Shown here: positions 35,055 to 49,409 of the stretch, piece after piece
Layout: every line of letters starts with the position of its first letter
How positions within the stretch are numbered: the first letter of the stretch is position 1
Assembly: GCA_030390025.1 (NCBI GenBank)
Contig: CM059432.1
Location: forward strand, 32,304,001-32,368,000
From: Squalus acanthias
Lineage: Eukaryota
Reading direction: 5' to 3'
Length of the DNA: 64,000 bases
Notes under the pieces: generated by a model
Told to the model about the DNA's origin: nothing
Databases searched by the model: none
Seen by the model: the letters and a program-made list of their open reading frames with translations, nothing else
Position numbers and translations under genes: made by a program

Positions 35055-36191
35055 TTAAGTGGTGGATGGGGTGCCAATCAAGCGGGCTGCTTTGTCCTGG
35101 ATAATGTCGAGCTTCTTGAGTGTTGTTGGAGCTGCACTTGTCCAGGCAAGTGGAGAGTATTCCATCACACCCCTGACTTGTGCCCTGTAGATGGTGGAAA
35201 GGCTTTGGGGAGTCATGAGGTGAGACACTCGATGCAGAATACCTAGCCTCTGACCTGCTCTTGTTGCCACAGTATTTATGTGGCTGGTCCAGTTAAGTTT
35301 CTGGTCAATGGTGACCCCCAGGATGTTGATGGTGGGGAATTCGGCGATGGTAATGCTGTTGAATGTCAAGGGGTGGTGGTTAGACTCTCGCTTGTTGGAG
35401 ATAGTCATTGCCTGGCACTTCTGTGGCACGAATGTTACCTGCCACTTATCACCCCAATCCTGAACGTTGTCCAGGTCTTGTTGCATGCGGGCATTATCTG
35501 AGGAGTTGTGAATGGCACTGAACACTGTGCAGTCATCAGCGAACATCCCCATTTCTGAGGGAATTATTTTGGAGGGAAGGTCATTGATGAAGCAGCTGAA
35601 GATGGTTGAGCCTAGGACACTGCCCTGAGGAACTCCTGCAGCGATGTCCTGGGGCTGTGATGATTGACCTTCAACCACCACAACCATCTTCCTTTGTGCT
35701 AGGTATGACTCCAGCCAGTAGAGAGTTTTTCCCCCGATTCCCATTGACTTCAGTTTTACTAGGGCTCCTTGATACCAAACTCGGTCAAATGCTGCCTTAA
35801 TTTCAAGGGCAGTCACTCTCACCTCACCTCTTGAATTCAGCTCTTTTGCCCATGTTTGGACCAAGGCTGTAATGAGGTTGGGAGCTGAGTGGTCTTGGTG
35901 GAACCCAAACTGGGCATCAGTGAGTAGGTTATTGGTGAGTAAGTGTCGCTTGATAGCACTGTTGATGACACCTTTCATCACTTTGCTGATGATTGAGAGT
36001 AGACTGATGGGGCGGTAATTGGCCGGATTGGATTTGTCCTGCTTTTTGTGGACAGGACATACCTGGGCAGTTTTCCACATTGTCGGATAGTTGCCAGTGT
36101 TATAGCTGTACTGGAACAGCTTGGCTAGAGGCGCAGCTAGTTCTGGAGCAGAAGTCTTCAGCATGATAGCCGGGATGTTGTCAGGGCCCAT
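35055..36191 (-). pseudogene. LINE reverse transcriptase fragment
   Basis: 378-aa ORF with canonical non-LTR RT motifs. The flanking frames are broken. Confidence 0.88.
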
Positions 36192-37190
36192 AGCCTTTGC
36201 TGTATCCAGTGCGCTCTGCCGTTCTTGATATCACGTGGAGTGAATTAAATTGGCTGAAGACTGGCTTCTGTGATGGTGGGGACCTCAGGAGTAAGCCGAT
36301 CTGGATCATCCACTCGGCACTTCTGGCTGAAGATGGTTGCAAACGCTTCAGCCTTGTCTTTTGCACTCACATGCTGGGCTCCACCATCATTGAGGTTGGA
36401 GATATTCATGGAGCCTCCTCCTCCCGTTAGTTGTTTAATGGTCCACTACATTCACGATTGGATGTGGCAGAACTGCAGAGCTTTGATCTGATCCGTTGAT
36501 TGTGGGATCGCTTAGCCCTGTCTATAGCATGCTGCCTCCGCTTTTTAGCATGCATGTAGTCCTGTGTTGCAGCTTCCCCAGGTTGGCACCTCATTTTTAG
36601 GTACGCCTGGTGCTGCTCCTGGCATGCTCTTCTACAATCCTTATTGAACTAGTTTGGTTCCATGGCTTGGTGGTAATGGTAGAGTGAGGGATATGCCAGG
36701 CCATGAGGTTACAGATTGTGGTGGAATACAATTCTGCTGCTGCTGATGGCCCACAGCGCCTCATGGATGCCCAGTTTTGAGTTGCTAGCTCTGTTCTGAA
36801 TCTATCCCATTTAGCACGGTGGTAGTGCCACACAACATGATGGAGGGTGTCCTCAGTGTGAAGACGGGACTTCGTCTCCAGAATGACTGTGCGGTGGTCA
36901 CTGCTACCAATACTGTCATGGACACATGTATCTGCGACAGGTAGATTGGTGAGGACGAGGAAGGTACTTTCTTTGCAGACTAATACACAACGTAGACAAA
37001 TGTCACGGGATATTCAGGTAACAAGGACTGATGGGAGATATCTGATGACCTACCTCCTCATTCAATTTTGTCCAACACCATTATGAAATAGGTTGGGAAA
37101 GCTGTACTGCAACGTTATTTTATTCTGCAGTTAAACCCGATTCTGCCTTCGCCTGACATTCACTTAAAACAGGATTGTTTGATAGCCTAC

Positions 37191-38490
37191 CAACAACAAC
37201 AACAACTATTTGTATTTATATAGTGCCTTTAACGTAGTAAAATGTCCCAAAGTGCTTCACAGGAGTATTATAAAACAAAATTTGACACCGAGCCACATAA
37301 GGAGAAATTAGGGCAGATTACCAAAAGCTTGGTCAAAGAGGTAGGTTTTAAGAAGCGTCTTAAAGGAGGAAAGAGCGGTAGAGAGGCGGAGAAGTTTAGG
37401 CAGGGAATTCCAAAGCTTAGGGCCTAGGCAGCTGAAAGCATGGCCGCCAATAGTGGAGCGATTAAAATCAGGGATGTTCAAGAGGCCAGAATTAGAGGAG
37501 CGCAGATATCTCGGGGGGGTTGTGGGGCTGAAGGAGATTACAGAGATAGGGAGGGGCGAGGCCATTGAGGGATTTGAAAACAAGGATGAGAATTTTGAAA
37601 TCGAGGCATTGCTTAACGGAGAGCCAGTGTAGGTCAGCGAGCACAGGGGTGATGGGCGAACGGGACTTGGTGCAAGTTAGGACACGGGCAGCTGAGTATT
37701 GGATCACCTCAAGTTTCTGTAAGGTAAATCGTGGGAGGCCAGCCAGGAGTGTTTTGGAATAGTCAAGTCTAGAGGTAACAAAGGCATCAGTGAGGGTTTC
37801 AGCAGCAGATGAGCTGAGGCAGGGGCGGAGTCAGGCGATGTTACAGAGGTGGAAGTAGGCGGTCTTAGTGATGGCATGAATATGTGGTCGGAAGCTCATT
37901 TCAGGGTCAAATATGACACCAAGGTTGCGAACAGTCTGGTTCAGCCTTAGACAGATGCTAGGGAGAGGGATGGAGTCGGTGGCTAGGGGATGCAGTTTGT
38001 GGCGGGGACCGAAAACAATGGCTTTGGTCTTCCCAATATTTAGTTGGAGGAAATTTCTGCTCATCCAGTACTGGACGTCGGACAAGCAGTCTGACAATTT
38101 AGATACGGTCGAGAGAGGTGGTGGTGAGGTAGAGCTGGGTGTCGTCAGCATACATGTGGAGACTGACGCTGTGTTTTTGGATGATGTCGCCAAGAGACAG
38201 CGTGTAGATGAGAAATAGGAGGGGGCCAAGTACAGATCCTTGGGGGACACCGGAGGTAACGATGCAGGAGCGGGAAGAGAAGCCATTACAAGTGATTCTC
38301 TGGCTACGATTAGATAGATAAGAATGGAACCAGGTGAGTGCAGTCTCACCCAACTGGATGACGATGGAGAGGCATTGGAGGAGGATGGAGTGGTCAAACG
38401 TGTCAAAGGCTGCAGACAGATCGAGAAGGACAAGGAGGGATAGTTTACCTTTGTCACAGTCACATAGGATGCCATTTGTGACTTTGATCA
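37191..38490 (-). mobile_element. L2 LINE 3' part with RT fragment
   Basis: LLDLSAAFDT, GVPQGSVLGPLLF and YADDTQLY motifs, with (caa)n tail at 37191. Confidence 0.92.
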
Positions 38491-39377
38491 ACAGTGTTTA
38501 TCTGGGCTCAGATATGACCAAAGACCAGTTGCGCAAGGTACTGGAAGGGCTGCCTGTGCCCATGCATTGTATATCAGCATGGATCAAAGTCTTGAGGAAA
38601 GACAATTGGATGGGTGAAGGGAACTGAGGGAAAAGTCTTTTAAGTCTGTATGATAGAAGGTAGGAGAGGCAAGAATGTGGTTTACTTGTTACATATTAAG
38701 TGGCTTGAGATAACAGAGCAGGAAAGAGGTCAAGGGGTTTAAAACCATCGGTTCAGTGTTCGCAAGCAAATGAAAAAAATACCAGGGGGAGAAATTGGAA
38801 TGCGTTGCGGCAGTTTTTCGGGTGTAAATCGGATGCAGTGCTGACCAATTGTGCAATGGGACGGCCTGTGCCCAATCTGCTCCTGCATTCAGCGCACTGC
38901 TAAATTCGTCAGGCCCATTTCTTAGGCATCCCCGGCGGCTACCTAAAACAGGCATAAGGCCCCTTGCATATGTTAATTTGAAAATTTAATACGGTCAGGA
39001 GAATGTTACACCATCACTGGACTGTAACAGATTCAAAGCAGCTTGTGATTAACCCTTGTGACAATCCAATATAATACAGAGGATCTGAAATTCCACAGGT
39101 TTCCCAACTTAATTTCAGCAGGAGACCTGTGGAACGCCCAAGCCGCTGTTTTCTGGGCGGCTCCTGGTTGCTGTATAAGCGGCGGAGCTCCATCTGTTCC
39201 TTTATGATGCATATGACAGGCCTGGGGTGGGGCCAAGGGGGTGAACCTCCTGAGCCAGGAGGTCCCGGTCCTGGCCATAGATGGGTGCCCACCTATCAGT
39301 GGCGGTCAGTACATCGAGAAAGGTGGGCTCATGTTGGCCCCACCAGTGTGGTCCAGGCCTCGCGACTGGCGTAGACC

Positions 39378-39704
39378 TACGGTTGCCAACTCTGGTTGGA
39401 CATATTCCTGTAGGTTTCATCACATGCCCTCCCACCTTTTAACTGCCCCAGCCTCACTCTCCTGCCATTGGTCACGCGACACGTCCATCCTAACGGCGGA
39501 ATGCTTTCCCACACTAATTGGAAAGCAAACAGACTCTTCGTTACCCAATTCTTGACTGTCAATCAAACAGCCTTTTATCCTATCTCCGATTTTGTTTTTT
39601 AGTGCCACTATAATTTTTGTCCTGGGCCGCTCGCAGCTGTGTTTGGGAAATTACTCTTTCATTCCCGGAGACTCCAGGACAATCCTAGAGGGTTGGTAAT
39701 CCTA
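39378..39704. mobile_element. hAT-type MITE (TAGGGTTGCCA family) nested in a decayed GC-rich element (about 38785-39961)
   Basis: TIRs tacggttgccaac / gttggtaatccta. The flanks CGTAGACC and CATGGATC differ only by three transitions. Confidence 0.75.
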
Positions 39705-42700
39705 CATGGATCCTGAAGAGCATTTGCAGGGTCAGGTGTCTAGGCAATCAACTCAGCCCCCCTACTGCCACCCAGGCACACATGGCAGTTGGGTGCCAAA
39801 GAAGTGCCGCAAGTGGCAGTTGTGCCGATTTGCCCCATGAGCATGAGGTGCCTTCCCACTGACCCCACAATCTCCAGGAGGGGTCAATGCTGGAGGTCAC
39901 TGTTGGGGGACATGATCCGAACACATCCCCTAGGAACGCAACCTGTGGGAATTTCAGGGCCGACATCTTTTTCGTATTTGCTCTCACAGTTAGCATTTGA
40001 AAGCGCACACAGTCATATTCATTTGTACCTGTGAGAAAGCAGAACTGTCTGTGGAGCCACAGACACAGGGAGCCCCTTTTCATGGTAGAAGTGACGAAAC
40101 TGAGCAAACCACATTTGAAGTTGAGTCTGTACTTTTACAAACTCTTTTCTGGCATCATGCGAATACAGAGATTGCATTTCGTATTGTGTTTTGGGTCACA
40201 ATCGGCAGAAATAACTAAAGCAAGGTTTCTGTTGTACCCTGGGGTTTATTTCCATTCAATAGAGACACATACTTGTAATGCTGTTGTACCAGTCAATGAT
40301 TTCATTTTATTTTCATATATTCCTTCTTGGGATGTGGGCGTTGCTGGCAAGGCCGGCATTTATTGCCCATCTGTAGTTGCCCTTGAGAAACCGGTGGTGG
40401 GCCTTCTTCAAATAGCGGTTTCATACAACTGAGTGACTTGCTTGGCCACTTCAGAAGGCAGTTAAGAGTCAACCATGTTGGTGTGGGACTTGAGTCATAA
40501 ATAGACCAGAAATCATTCCACAGGTGTTAGTTGTCCTCCGGTAATCTGTCATTATTCTTCATGCCTATCTGTGAAGTGCCTTGGGACATTCTTCACATTA
40601 AAAGCGCTCTATAAATGCAAGTTGTTGTTGTTGGTTGTTGTTGGTGGTGTTATTATTGTTTGTTGTTGTTAGCCCTGATAATGCATGTCAGCACTCTGTT
40701 TGACTGGAGAGGAGGCACCCCAGCTGAGCCTGACCCTGTCCTCGGCCAATATCCATACACAGTGCATGGATCGCTAGTTAACGATCAGGAGCAGACACTC
40801 TGGCCGATGATCTGCTTCTTAACCCGGGGGGGCACTGAGACCAATTGTAGCACCCTCACTGCCATCCTAACTGAGCACGGAGCAAGGAATAACTCAGTTA
40901 TGGCAGTGAGTAACTCAGTTACTTACTGCCATAACTAGATAAAGTATTGGCACAAACAGTAGAAGTGAGATTAAGGATGCCATTCAATCTCACGGTTTTT
41001 ATCCATACTCTAGGACATTGTCAGAACTGTGTGATTTGACTAACACAGTGACTCACTGCACGGCTGCTATTATCCTGTCTGTATATTATGGAATGGAAAA
41101 TATGCAAAAATGTGGTCATAAATTTCTTGTTTGGTAAGTTATGAGTTTTTTATGAAGCATTTTAAAGATTTGTGTCCTTTGTACATTCTGTCCATTCCCT
41201 CTATTTAAATTCCTTTCTTTTCATCTCATGTTCCCTGTCCCTTTACCAATGAACATCTGTGGGGAAAAAAGAAAATAAAGACTTGCATTTATATAGCAAC
41301 TTTCACATCTGTTGAATGTCCCAAAATGTTTCACAATAAATGACTTGTTAAGCGCAGTCACTTAAAAGTGTTGTTTTATGCGCAAACACAGTAAGATCCC
41401 ACAAACAGATGAGTAACCAGTTAGTCCGTTTTGGTGGTGTTGGTTGAGGGACAAATGCTGGCTCTTCTTCTAGTAGTGCCATAGGATCTTTTATAACCAC
41501 CAGAACAGGCAATTGGGGCCTCGGTTTAACGTCTCATCTGAAAGGCAGTACCTCCAATAATACAGCACTCACTCAGAACTGAACTCAAGCGTCAGGCCAA
41601 ATGATGTATTAAAGTCCTGGAATGGGGCTTACACCCACAACCTTCTGAACTGCACCACAATAACTAAGGCCTGCTTCTTCTTTCCCAATTTTTCCCTCTC
41701 CTCCTGATGCCATTGACTTCCTTGGGCATGCTTCTATAGGTAGACTTTTGATAAATCACTCCAGTGTGACACTAAACAGTAAATGTTAGCCGACTATTGG
41801 ACTGTGTCAGCCATCACAGCTGATCTCAATCTTGTCCTCACTCACCTTGCCCACACTCACTTTTCAGCAGGGGTCATCCAATAGTAACCAGGAGATAGAA
41901 ACCTGACTGATTTTTTTCCACTCCTGAACTCAGAGGCATTGTGGCCAATTGTAGCACTGCCATTACCAATCAAGCTGAGATCAGCTGTTTCAACACATCG
42001 ATCTACCTCAGGGAAACAGGATAAAGTCCACCTCCAACCTTCCAAGTCTTTATGATTTATAGAAACATAGGAATAGGAGTCGGCCATTGATCACCTTGAG
42101 CCTGTTCCGCCATTCAATTAGATCATGGATGATCTGCACCTCAACTCCATTGACCCGCCTTTGTTTTATATCCATTGATACCCTTACCTAACAAAAATCT
42201 ATCGCTCTCAATCTCAAAATTTCAATTGACCCCCAGCATCTACAGCCTTTTTGGGGAGCAAGTTGCAGATTTCCACTTATGTGAAAAAGTACTTCCTGAT
42301 TTCACTCCTGAATGGCCTAGGTCTAATTTTCAGACTGGGTTCCCCCACCAGAGGAAATGTGACTTAGTGCCACACCAACCAGTGCATTTACCACACTGAC
42401 CCATCGAGGTGAGGGAGGGAAGCCCTCGCTTCATGTGTAGAAAATAGCCACTTGGGCTATGTAGCGGGCACCTGGTGCTAGTGAAACAGCACCTTCAGAA
42501 GGCTTGGGCAAAAACGTGGGGCCTCCAACAAGGCAGGACCCCCCCTCAGTGCTGCACAGGTGTGCCAGTCTGATAGAATCATACAATCTTACAGCACAGC
42601 AGGTGGATATTCTGCCCATTGTGCCTGTGCTGGCTCTTTGAAAGAGCTAGCTAATCAGTCTCACTCCCCTGCTCTTTCCCCATAGCCCTGAAAATGTTTC

Positions 42701-44436
42701 CTTTTTAAGTATATATCCAATTCCCTTTTGAAAGTTACTATTGAATCTTCTCCCACCACCCTTTCAGTGCATTCCAGATGATAACAACTGTTGTGTGCTC
42801 AAGTCCTGAGATGGGGTTTAAACCCACAATTTTCTTTCTCAAGAGGCAAAATTGCAACCGACTGAGCACTATGTACGAAGCTGGTTGTTGAGATTCTGCA
42901 CGTATAGTGGGAAACATATTTTCCAGCCTGAAATTTGGTCAGCCAGTAAATGACGTTGCCTTCGACACCCGTTATCTGCAAGACTCAGTCATCATTTCCT
43001 GAGTTTGTTCTCTCTGCTGACGGCTCCACTTACAGGCAGGTCTGTAACCTGTGTTACATAACCCAGGGAGGATGTAATTCGGGAGAGATAAGCAGCAAAA
43101 ACGAAACTCCCGAGCAAATGCTTTCAAAAACGGTTTGCGTCTGTCAGAACACTTAATGTTTATTTTTTAACGCTGTCCTCCCCAGTGACTGGGGTGAAAG
43201 AAATTCGTCTCTCAGAGCCACTTGAAGCTTAGCAACAAAAGCTCTTGAGACCGCACCAAGCTACTGATCCATTCTCCGAGGAAGCCTTCCTAACCCAAGA
43301 GCTGTAAGGGCAATTGTAACGCCCCACTGTCTCTCTGACTGAGATCAACTAGCTCAAGCACAAAATGGGAATCAAAAGTTGGACTTTTCTGTTTTGTTAG
43401 TACCACGTCAGACGGTCATTTGCCAAACAAGCCTTTGGGAGCATTTGCTTCACCTCTAATCTTGTCAATTGTCTCTGGAGGCCGTTGGTTCCTTGCTTTC
43501 CACAGGCACCCCCTGCCCAATCGCCAATTATTCCCGTGTAAGTGAGTATCAGCAGGCTGTTCAGCCACGGCGAGGCATCACAGCTGTGCCTGATCCCATC
43601 CTCGCTTGACGTTCACGCATATGCGATTCCAACAGGTGTCACTGGATTGTGATCGGGGGCAGGAACACAGTGACTCTGAGGCCACATCTACACACCCTTA
43701 CCGCAGCCCTGCTGAGATCAGCTAATTCAACACAGGTCCTGGATCAAATGTGACTGTTTGTATAGATCTGCTATTCTGTGTTATGCCTTTCCAAAGAAAC
43801 GTGGGCTCTAGCTCAAAGACAAAGGACAGCGGAATATCTGCACCTCGATTTCTTTCTGAATCTATGTGACACAAATACTTTTTTTAGAAACAAGGACACA
43901 TTCCAATTAAATTTATATCATCGACACAGAAAAGAGGTTGCCAAACAATGCAAGCAAGGATGTGAACTGCATTGAAACACATGCTTTCTTTCTCCTTAAC
44001 GACAGCATCCCTTTGATTATAAACAGAGGGCACACTCACACTGTAGCTGAAAATTCACAATTTTTCTTTTAGTCTTCTTTATAATCTTGCTACTAAATTA
44101 ACACTGCAAAGGAGACAAATGTACTGATGAAGCTGGTGGAAAAGAAGAGTTCTTTTTAAATGAATTAAATCATCTCTTCCAAACACTGATTTAAAATTTT
44201 GAAAAAAGTCCTCCCAAAGTTATTGGATCGAACCCAAGTTAGTATAAATAGTCTTCCCCTGAATCTCCATTGCCTCTCCTGCTGTGCCTGAAGCATTAGC
44301 AGATATGTCTGGTTGGTAATGTGATACAGCCTGGCTGGTTAAATGCAGAGTGCTGTACATAGTAAACGCTGGGAAGATTAAATAAAAGGACTTGTGTCAT
44401 TGGCGTGTAAATCCAAATACAGCCAGAGGGTTCAGT

Positions 44437-44764
44437 GGGGCAGGCCAGTAGGAACGATGGGGGCAGGCCAGAGCAAGCAGAGAGGGGCAGGTCAGATTGA
44501 GAGCACAGGGGCATGCCAGTGCAAGCAGGATTGGAGCAGCTTGGGTGAGCAAGATGGGGCAGGCCAGGGTGAGCATAAAAGGTGTACGGTCTGTACGCCA
44601 GAGCGTGCATTATAGAAGCAGGCCAGAGTGAGCAGGATGGAGGAAGACTAGAGTGAGCAGAATACGGGAAGACTAGAGTGAGCAGGATACGGGAAGGCCA
44701 GAGTGAGCAGGATGGGGGAAGGCCAGAGTGAGCAGGATGGGGGAAGGCCAGAGTGCGCAGGACG
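44437..44764. repeat. Degenerate about 24-25-bp purine-rich minisatellite (ggaaggccagagtgagcaggatggg)
   Basis: Units are well conserved from 44617 to 44764 and more decayed upstream. Confidence 0.85.
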
Positions 44765-46939
44765 CTCTATAAATGCAAGTTCTTTCTTCTTTAACTCATC
44801 TTATTTGCTGTGTGCAACTTGTCTGTCACATGTGGCTGCATAACTGTAGTGACTACACTTCAAAAGTCATTGGCTTTGATATGTCCTGAGGCTCTCAAAG
44901 GCACTATATCAATTCACTTTCTTTCTATCTTGTCATCATAATACACAGAAATATCTGATGGAAAAAGTGTCACAATTTTTAATAACACAGAATTTTGGCA
45001 TCCATTCACGTTTTACAAATTTCTGAACATCAGACTCAAAAGCTGAATTGTCTAATTCAAAATGGAGTGAGCGGTAAGCCCATTATTAATAAAACATTCA
45101 GTCCCCACTACTATTAAGTTATCCTAATTTATTCAAGATTTCCTTTTTTTTTAACAGGCTTCAACTTCCTAACCGGAAAACACCTCTCACTCAAGAAAGT
45201 TTTAAACTTCCCCACCCACCTGTGAATAAGTGAAAAATAGAAAAAAAAATCCCAGTTGGGATGCCCACTGTAGTATAGTTAGTCAATTTGCTGAGTGTGC
45301 AAATGAGCTAATAGAGCAGGAATTTCCTTGGTTCAGTCCCTGGTCAGTGGTGAGTTAGCTGATCTCAGCTGGGGCAGTGATAGGGACACTATGTTGGCCT
45401 CAGTGCCAAGGAAGGGAATGATTAGCCGAGGTTTCCCCCTTCTGATCGCTGCCCAGTGACCCCTGCTAGAAAGTGCATGGCTGCGTGTCTCTATGGGCAA
45501 ATAGCCTGGTGACGCTCATCAGTGAAGTACAAAACACGACACAAGCCCCAATCCAAGATTCGAGCATGTAATCTAGGCTGACACTTCAATGCAGTACTGA
45601 GGGAGTGCTACACTGTCGAAGGTACCGTCTTTTGAATGAGACCTTAAACCGAGGCATCGTCTGCCCTCTCAGGTGGACGTAAAAGGACCCATGGCACTAT
45701 TTTGAAGAAGAGCTGGGGAGTTCTCCCGGTGTCCTGGCCAATATTTATCCATCAATAACTAAAGTAGTTTAATTGGTCATTTATTTTATTGCTGCTTGTG
45801 GGACCTTCCTGTGTACAAATTGGTTGCCGCATTTCCTACACTACAACAGCGGCTACACTTAAATAGTACCTTATGGGCAGTGATGCACTTTGGGATGTCC
45901 TAAGGTCCATGAAAGGCGCTATATAAATGCAAGTTCCTTCTTTCTTGGACTGAAGGGTACAGATTCCAGAAGAGTGAGTGACCTACGTGTATAAGTCTCC
46001 CATATCTACATAATTAACTGGTGCCGGCCTCTGTGTCAGTTAATTCCAAAAATGAACAACAGCTGTTGCTATGCATGTCCAATTCCCTTCTGCTGTTACA
46101 TTTTCTGCACGATGCAAGGGATTCTGACACTGGTTAATGAGGAGAGCCTAAGCATAGAGGAAAAAAAGCATAAATAAAGGATCTTTCTCATTGGTGGATG
46201 TTCCGCCTGATTATGTAGCACTACAGATCGTTTCTGTGGAAAATATTTGCTTGGTAATTTTCATACAGAAAACTGGTCCAACTAGTCATCAGGCTTGCAT
46301 TATGCTAAAAAAAAAAGGAAGACTAGCGCTTATATAGTGCCTTTCACGACCTCAGGACCCCCAAAAGTGCTTTACATCCAATGAAATACTTTTGAAGTGT
46401 AGTCACTGTTAAAATGTAGGAAACGCAGATGTCAATTTATGCACAGCATGGTGTCACAAATAGAAATGAAATAAATGACTAGATCATCTGTTTCTTTAGC
46501 GATGTTAGTTGAGGGATAAATATTGGCCAGAACAACAGGAGAACTCCCCTGCTCTTCTTCGACTAGTGCTGCGGGATCTTTTACGTTCACCTAAGAGAGA
46601 AGACAGGGCCTCAGTTTAACATCTTATCTGAAAGATGGAACCTCCGACAGTGCAGAACTCCCTCAGTACTGCACAGAAGAGCCAGCCTAGATTATGTGCT
46701 CAAGTCTCTGTAGTGGGCTTGAACTTACAACCTTCTGACTCAGAGGCAATAGTGCTACCAACTGACACGCTGAACTTTTACATGGCCATCCGGGGAGGTC
46801 ATAACACCAGCAGCAGGTCAGGACATCCAGCAGCTCCAGTCTCCTTTTCCATCAATTGTGCAGAGCACATTAAGTTTAGATTTGCTACTGTTGTTGCCTA
46901 TGCAATACCCATTTGCTTGAGGTTAAATCTGCAACCCAT

Positions 46940-47370
46940 AGCCTATTCTGCACCAAGTCCCGCTGACCCATCACCCCTGTGCTCACTGACCTACATTGGC
47001 ACCCAGTTCCCCAATGCCTAAAATTTAAAATTCTTATCCTTGTGTTTAAATCGCACATGGCCTCACCCCTTCCTTTCTGTGTAACCTCCTCCAGCCGTAC
47101 AACCCTCCGAGAATTCTGTGTTCCGCCAACTCTGGCCTCTTGTGCATCCCCTGCTCCCTTCACCCACCATTAGTGGCCGTGCCTTCAGCCATCTAGACCC
47201 TATGCTCTGGAATTCCCTCCCTAAACCTCTTTGCCTCTCCACCTTGCTCTCCTCCTACAAGACCCACCTTAAAACCCATGGTTATGCTTCTGTGAAACAC
47301 CTTGGGATCTTTTCTACATTAAATGCACTATATAGATGCAAGTTATTGTTGTTTATTTTCTGTTGTTATT
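46940..47370 (+). mobile_element. L2 3' fragment
   Basis: LTDLHWHPV..FKILILVFKS motif and L2 tail. Confidence 0.8.
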
Positions 47371-48849
47371 AACGGCAGCGGAGAACAGTAAGTGGGATTT
47401 TGTGTGAAGATAAATGTCCGCTGCTGCTTCCTTGAAGCCAACGTCTTTGAGAGAAGAAGGCAGGAGAAAAACTAAAACAAAAAAGGCAGTTTTCTAGGTT
47501 TGTAATTGGATTACAAACAATCATTAAGGTACATGGTTTATTATTGTTCTAAAAGTGGCATTTTTTGACCGCTTCTGGGACTCTATATATGCAAAATTCC
47601 AAAACTGAATCAAATGAACCAAAGGGAAGATGAGTAGAATTTTTTTAAGCAGCGAGTTGTTATGATTTGAAATGCGCTGCCTGAAAGGGTGGTGGAAGCA
47701 GATTCAGTAGCAACTTTCAAAAAGGAATTGGATATATACTTGAAAAGGAAGAATTTGGAGGGCTATAGGGAAAGAGCAGGGGAGTGGAACTAATTGGATA
47801 GTTCTTTCAAAGAGCCAACACAGGTACATGGGAACACTAACATCTCCAAGTTCTACTCCAAGTCACACACCATCCTGACTTGGACATATATCGCTGAGTC
47901 AAAAATCTGGAAACTCGCTACCTAACAGCATTGTAGGAGTACCATCACCACAACGACTGTAGCGGTTCAAGAAGAAGTCCTAACACCAGCTTCTCAAGGG
48001 CAACTAGGGATGGCAATGAATGCCAGCTTTGCCAGCGATGCCCATGTCAGGAGAATCAATTAAAAAAAAAGACATGATGGGCCGAATGGCTGATTCTATG
48101 ATTCAAGCAACACTTCCTGCTATGTAGAAATCTGTGGAACTTGTCGTGGGAATTCACACTGCGTCATTTACATTATTGGAAAAAGTGAACAAGCAAAAAG
48201 GGTTGAGCTGAAAGGGTAGCACATAAAGGTAACTCCCTGTGCAGTGGAGCTGGATAAACTGTACATGGGAAGCACAGGGTTTTTATATCATGCGCTGTTT
48301 CAGTTCTGTTACCTCAGCATTGTGTAATCTGACACAAGAGTTTGACAGAGACTGAGAATGCATCACATTTCCTCAATGTGTGAACAAGTGGAGAAAGAAA
48401 CCTTTTTTTCCCCATGCACTGGTGATGTCAGAGGAGACACACACAAGAGTCAGTGCCTCATTTTTTTTGGATTCTAGCCAAGTTCTGACAAGCTATTGGC
48501 TGCGTTAGTCTAATAAAGGCTGTGGCAAAAAAAAACAGACAGGCTGCAGAGACTTTAATCTGACCTTTGGTGCCAACAGCCTGTTCTCATAATGTTTTGT
48601 GTGAGGGGGAGGAGGGAAAGTGAAATAAAGAGCTTTGCACACCCAGAAGAGTCACATTTTGCTTTGCAACTTTAAAGAAAAATTACATTAGATTTGTCTC
48701 AATTTAATTCTACAATAATTCATTTTATGTACAATTTGGTTCATAGATTACCTGAAGAATTGTGGAATTTGTTTGCATAATAATAAATGCAACATTAAAA
48801 AAAATGTATGACTTGGTTAGATAGAATGAGAAAAAAAAAGGTTTTGCTG

Positions 48850-48980
48850 GAAACAGGAAGCAGTGGGCTGGAGCTTGTCAGAGCGTGCGTCAGCTTCGCA
48901 GCAAGTCCTTTTTCCGCTGGGTGGCGAAAGAAAGGAGTGAGCGAGGCCGGGGGGGGGGAGGGATTGAGTCACTTCACTTG
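48850..48980 (+). promoter_or_regulatory. Candidate RNA Pol II promoter
   Basis: Abrupt shift from AT-rich to GC/CpG-rich, TE-free sequence. ETS CAGGAAG (48854), TGCGTCA (48886), G-run/GC box (48949-48962), AP-1 TGAGTCA (48965) and Inr-like TCACTT. Confidence 0.6.
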
Positions 48981-49409
48981 GAGCCAGTCACTGGCGAGGC
49001 TCGAGCTGCAGCTCCGTCCCCTGCACTCCGCTCGGAGCCACAGCAGCAGCAGCAGCTCCCCGCCCGCTCCCCGTCACTCGGTCCCCGGCAGCAGCAGCCG
49101 CAGCCAGCAGCTCTGCTAACACCCCGGCAGCGACTCGAGCAACCAGCAGCTGGAGCAGGCAGCTCCAGCCAGCCTCTTTCCATTCCTGTGAAGGTTCAGG
49201 GACCACCAACTCTCAACACCCCCACCTCCAGTTACCCTTAAAACCACCAGCACGGCCACATCTGCCCAACATGAGAACATAAAACCAGGCTTTTTATAAA
49301 AAAAAGACATTCGACTCTCAATCTACCTTTTTAAAAAAAAAATTAAGTCCCTGTCTTCAATTTCCCTTCAAATTGATGGTGGTTATCAAGTCCTAAGAAT
49401 TCTCAAGAG
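48975..49409 (+). other. Candidate non-coding first exon (5' UTR) of an unidentified gene
   Basis: CpG- and CAG-rich leader ending in a consensus donor AG|GTAAGT at 49409/49410. Only short ORFs are present, and the start coordinate is approximate. Confidence 0.6.

Larger units (their letters stand above)
34221..36960 (-). mobile_element. Longest copy of the second CR1-like LINE family (5'-truncated), with nested HE1 SINE
   Basis: RT ORF 35055-36191 (GPDNIP, NYRPISLLS, AAFDRVW, GVPQGSVLG, FADD) and the family tail at 34221. Confidence 0.92.

Noticed and set aside
48808..49241. Ser/Gln/Ala-rich ORFs across the GC island
   Set aside because: Low-complexity open frames typical of GC-rich 5' UTRs. 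They start upstream of the likely start site and stop before the donor.
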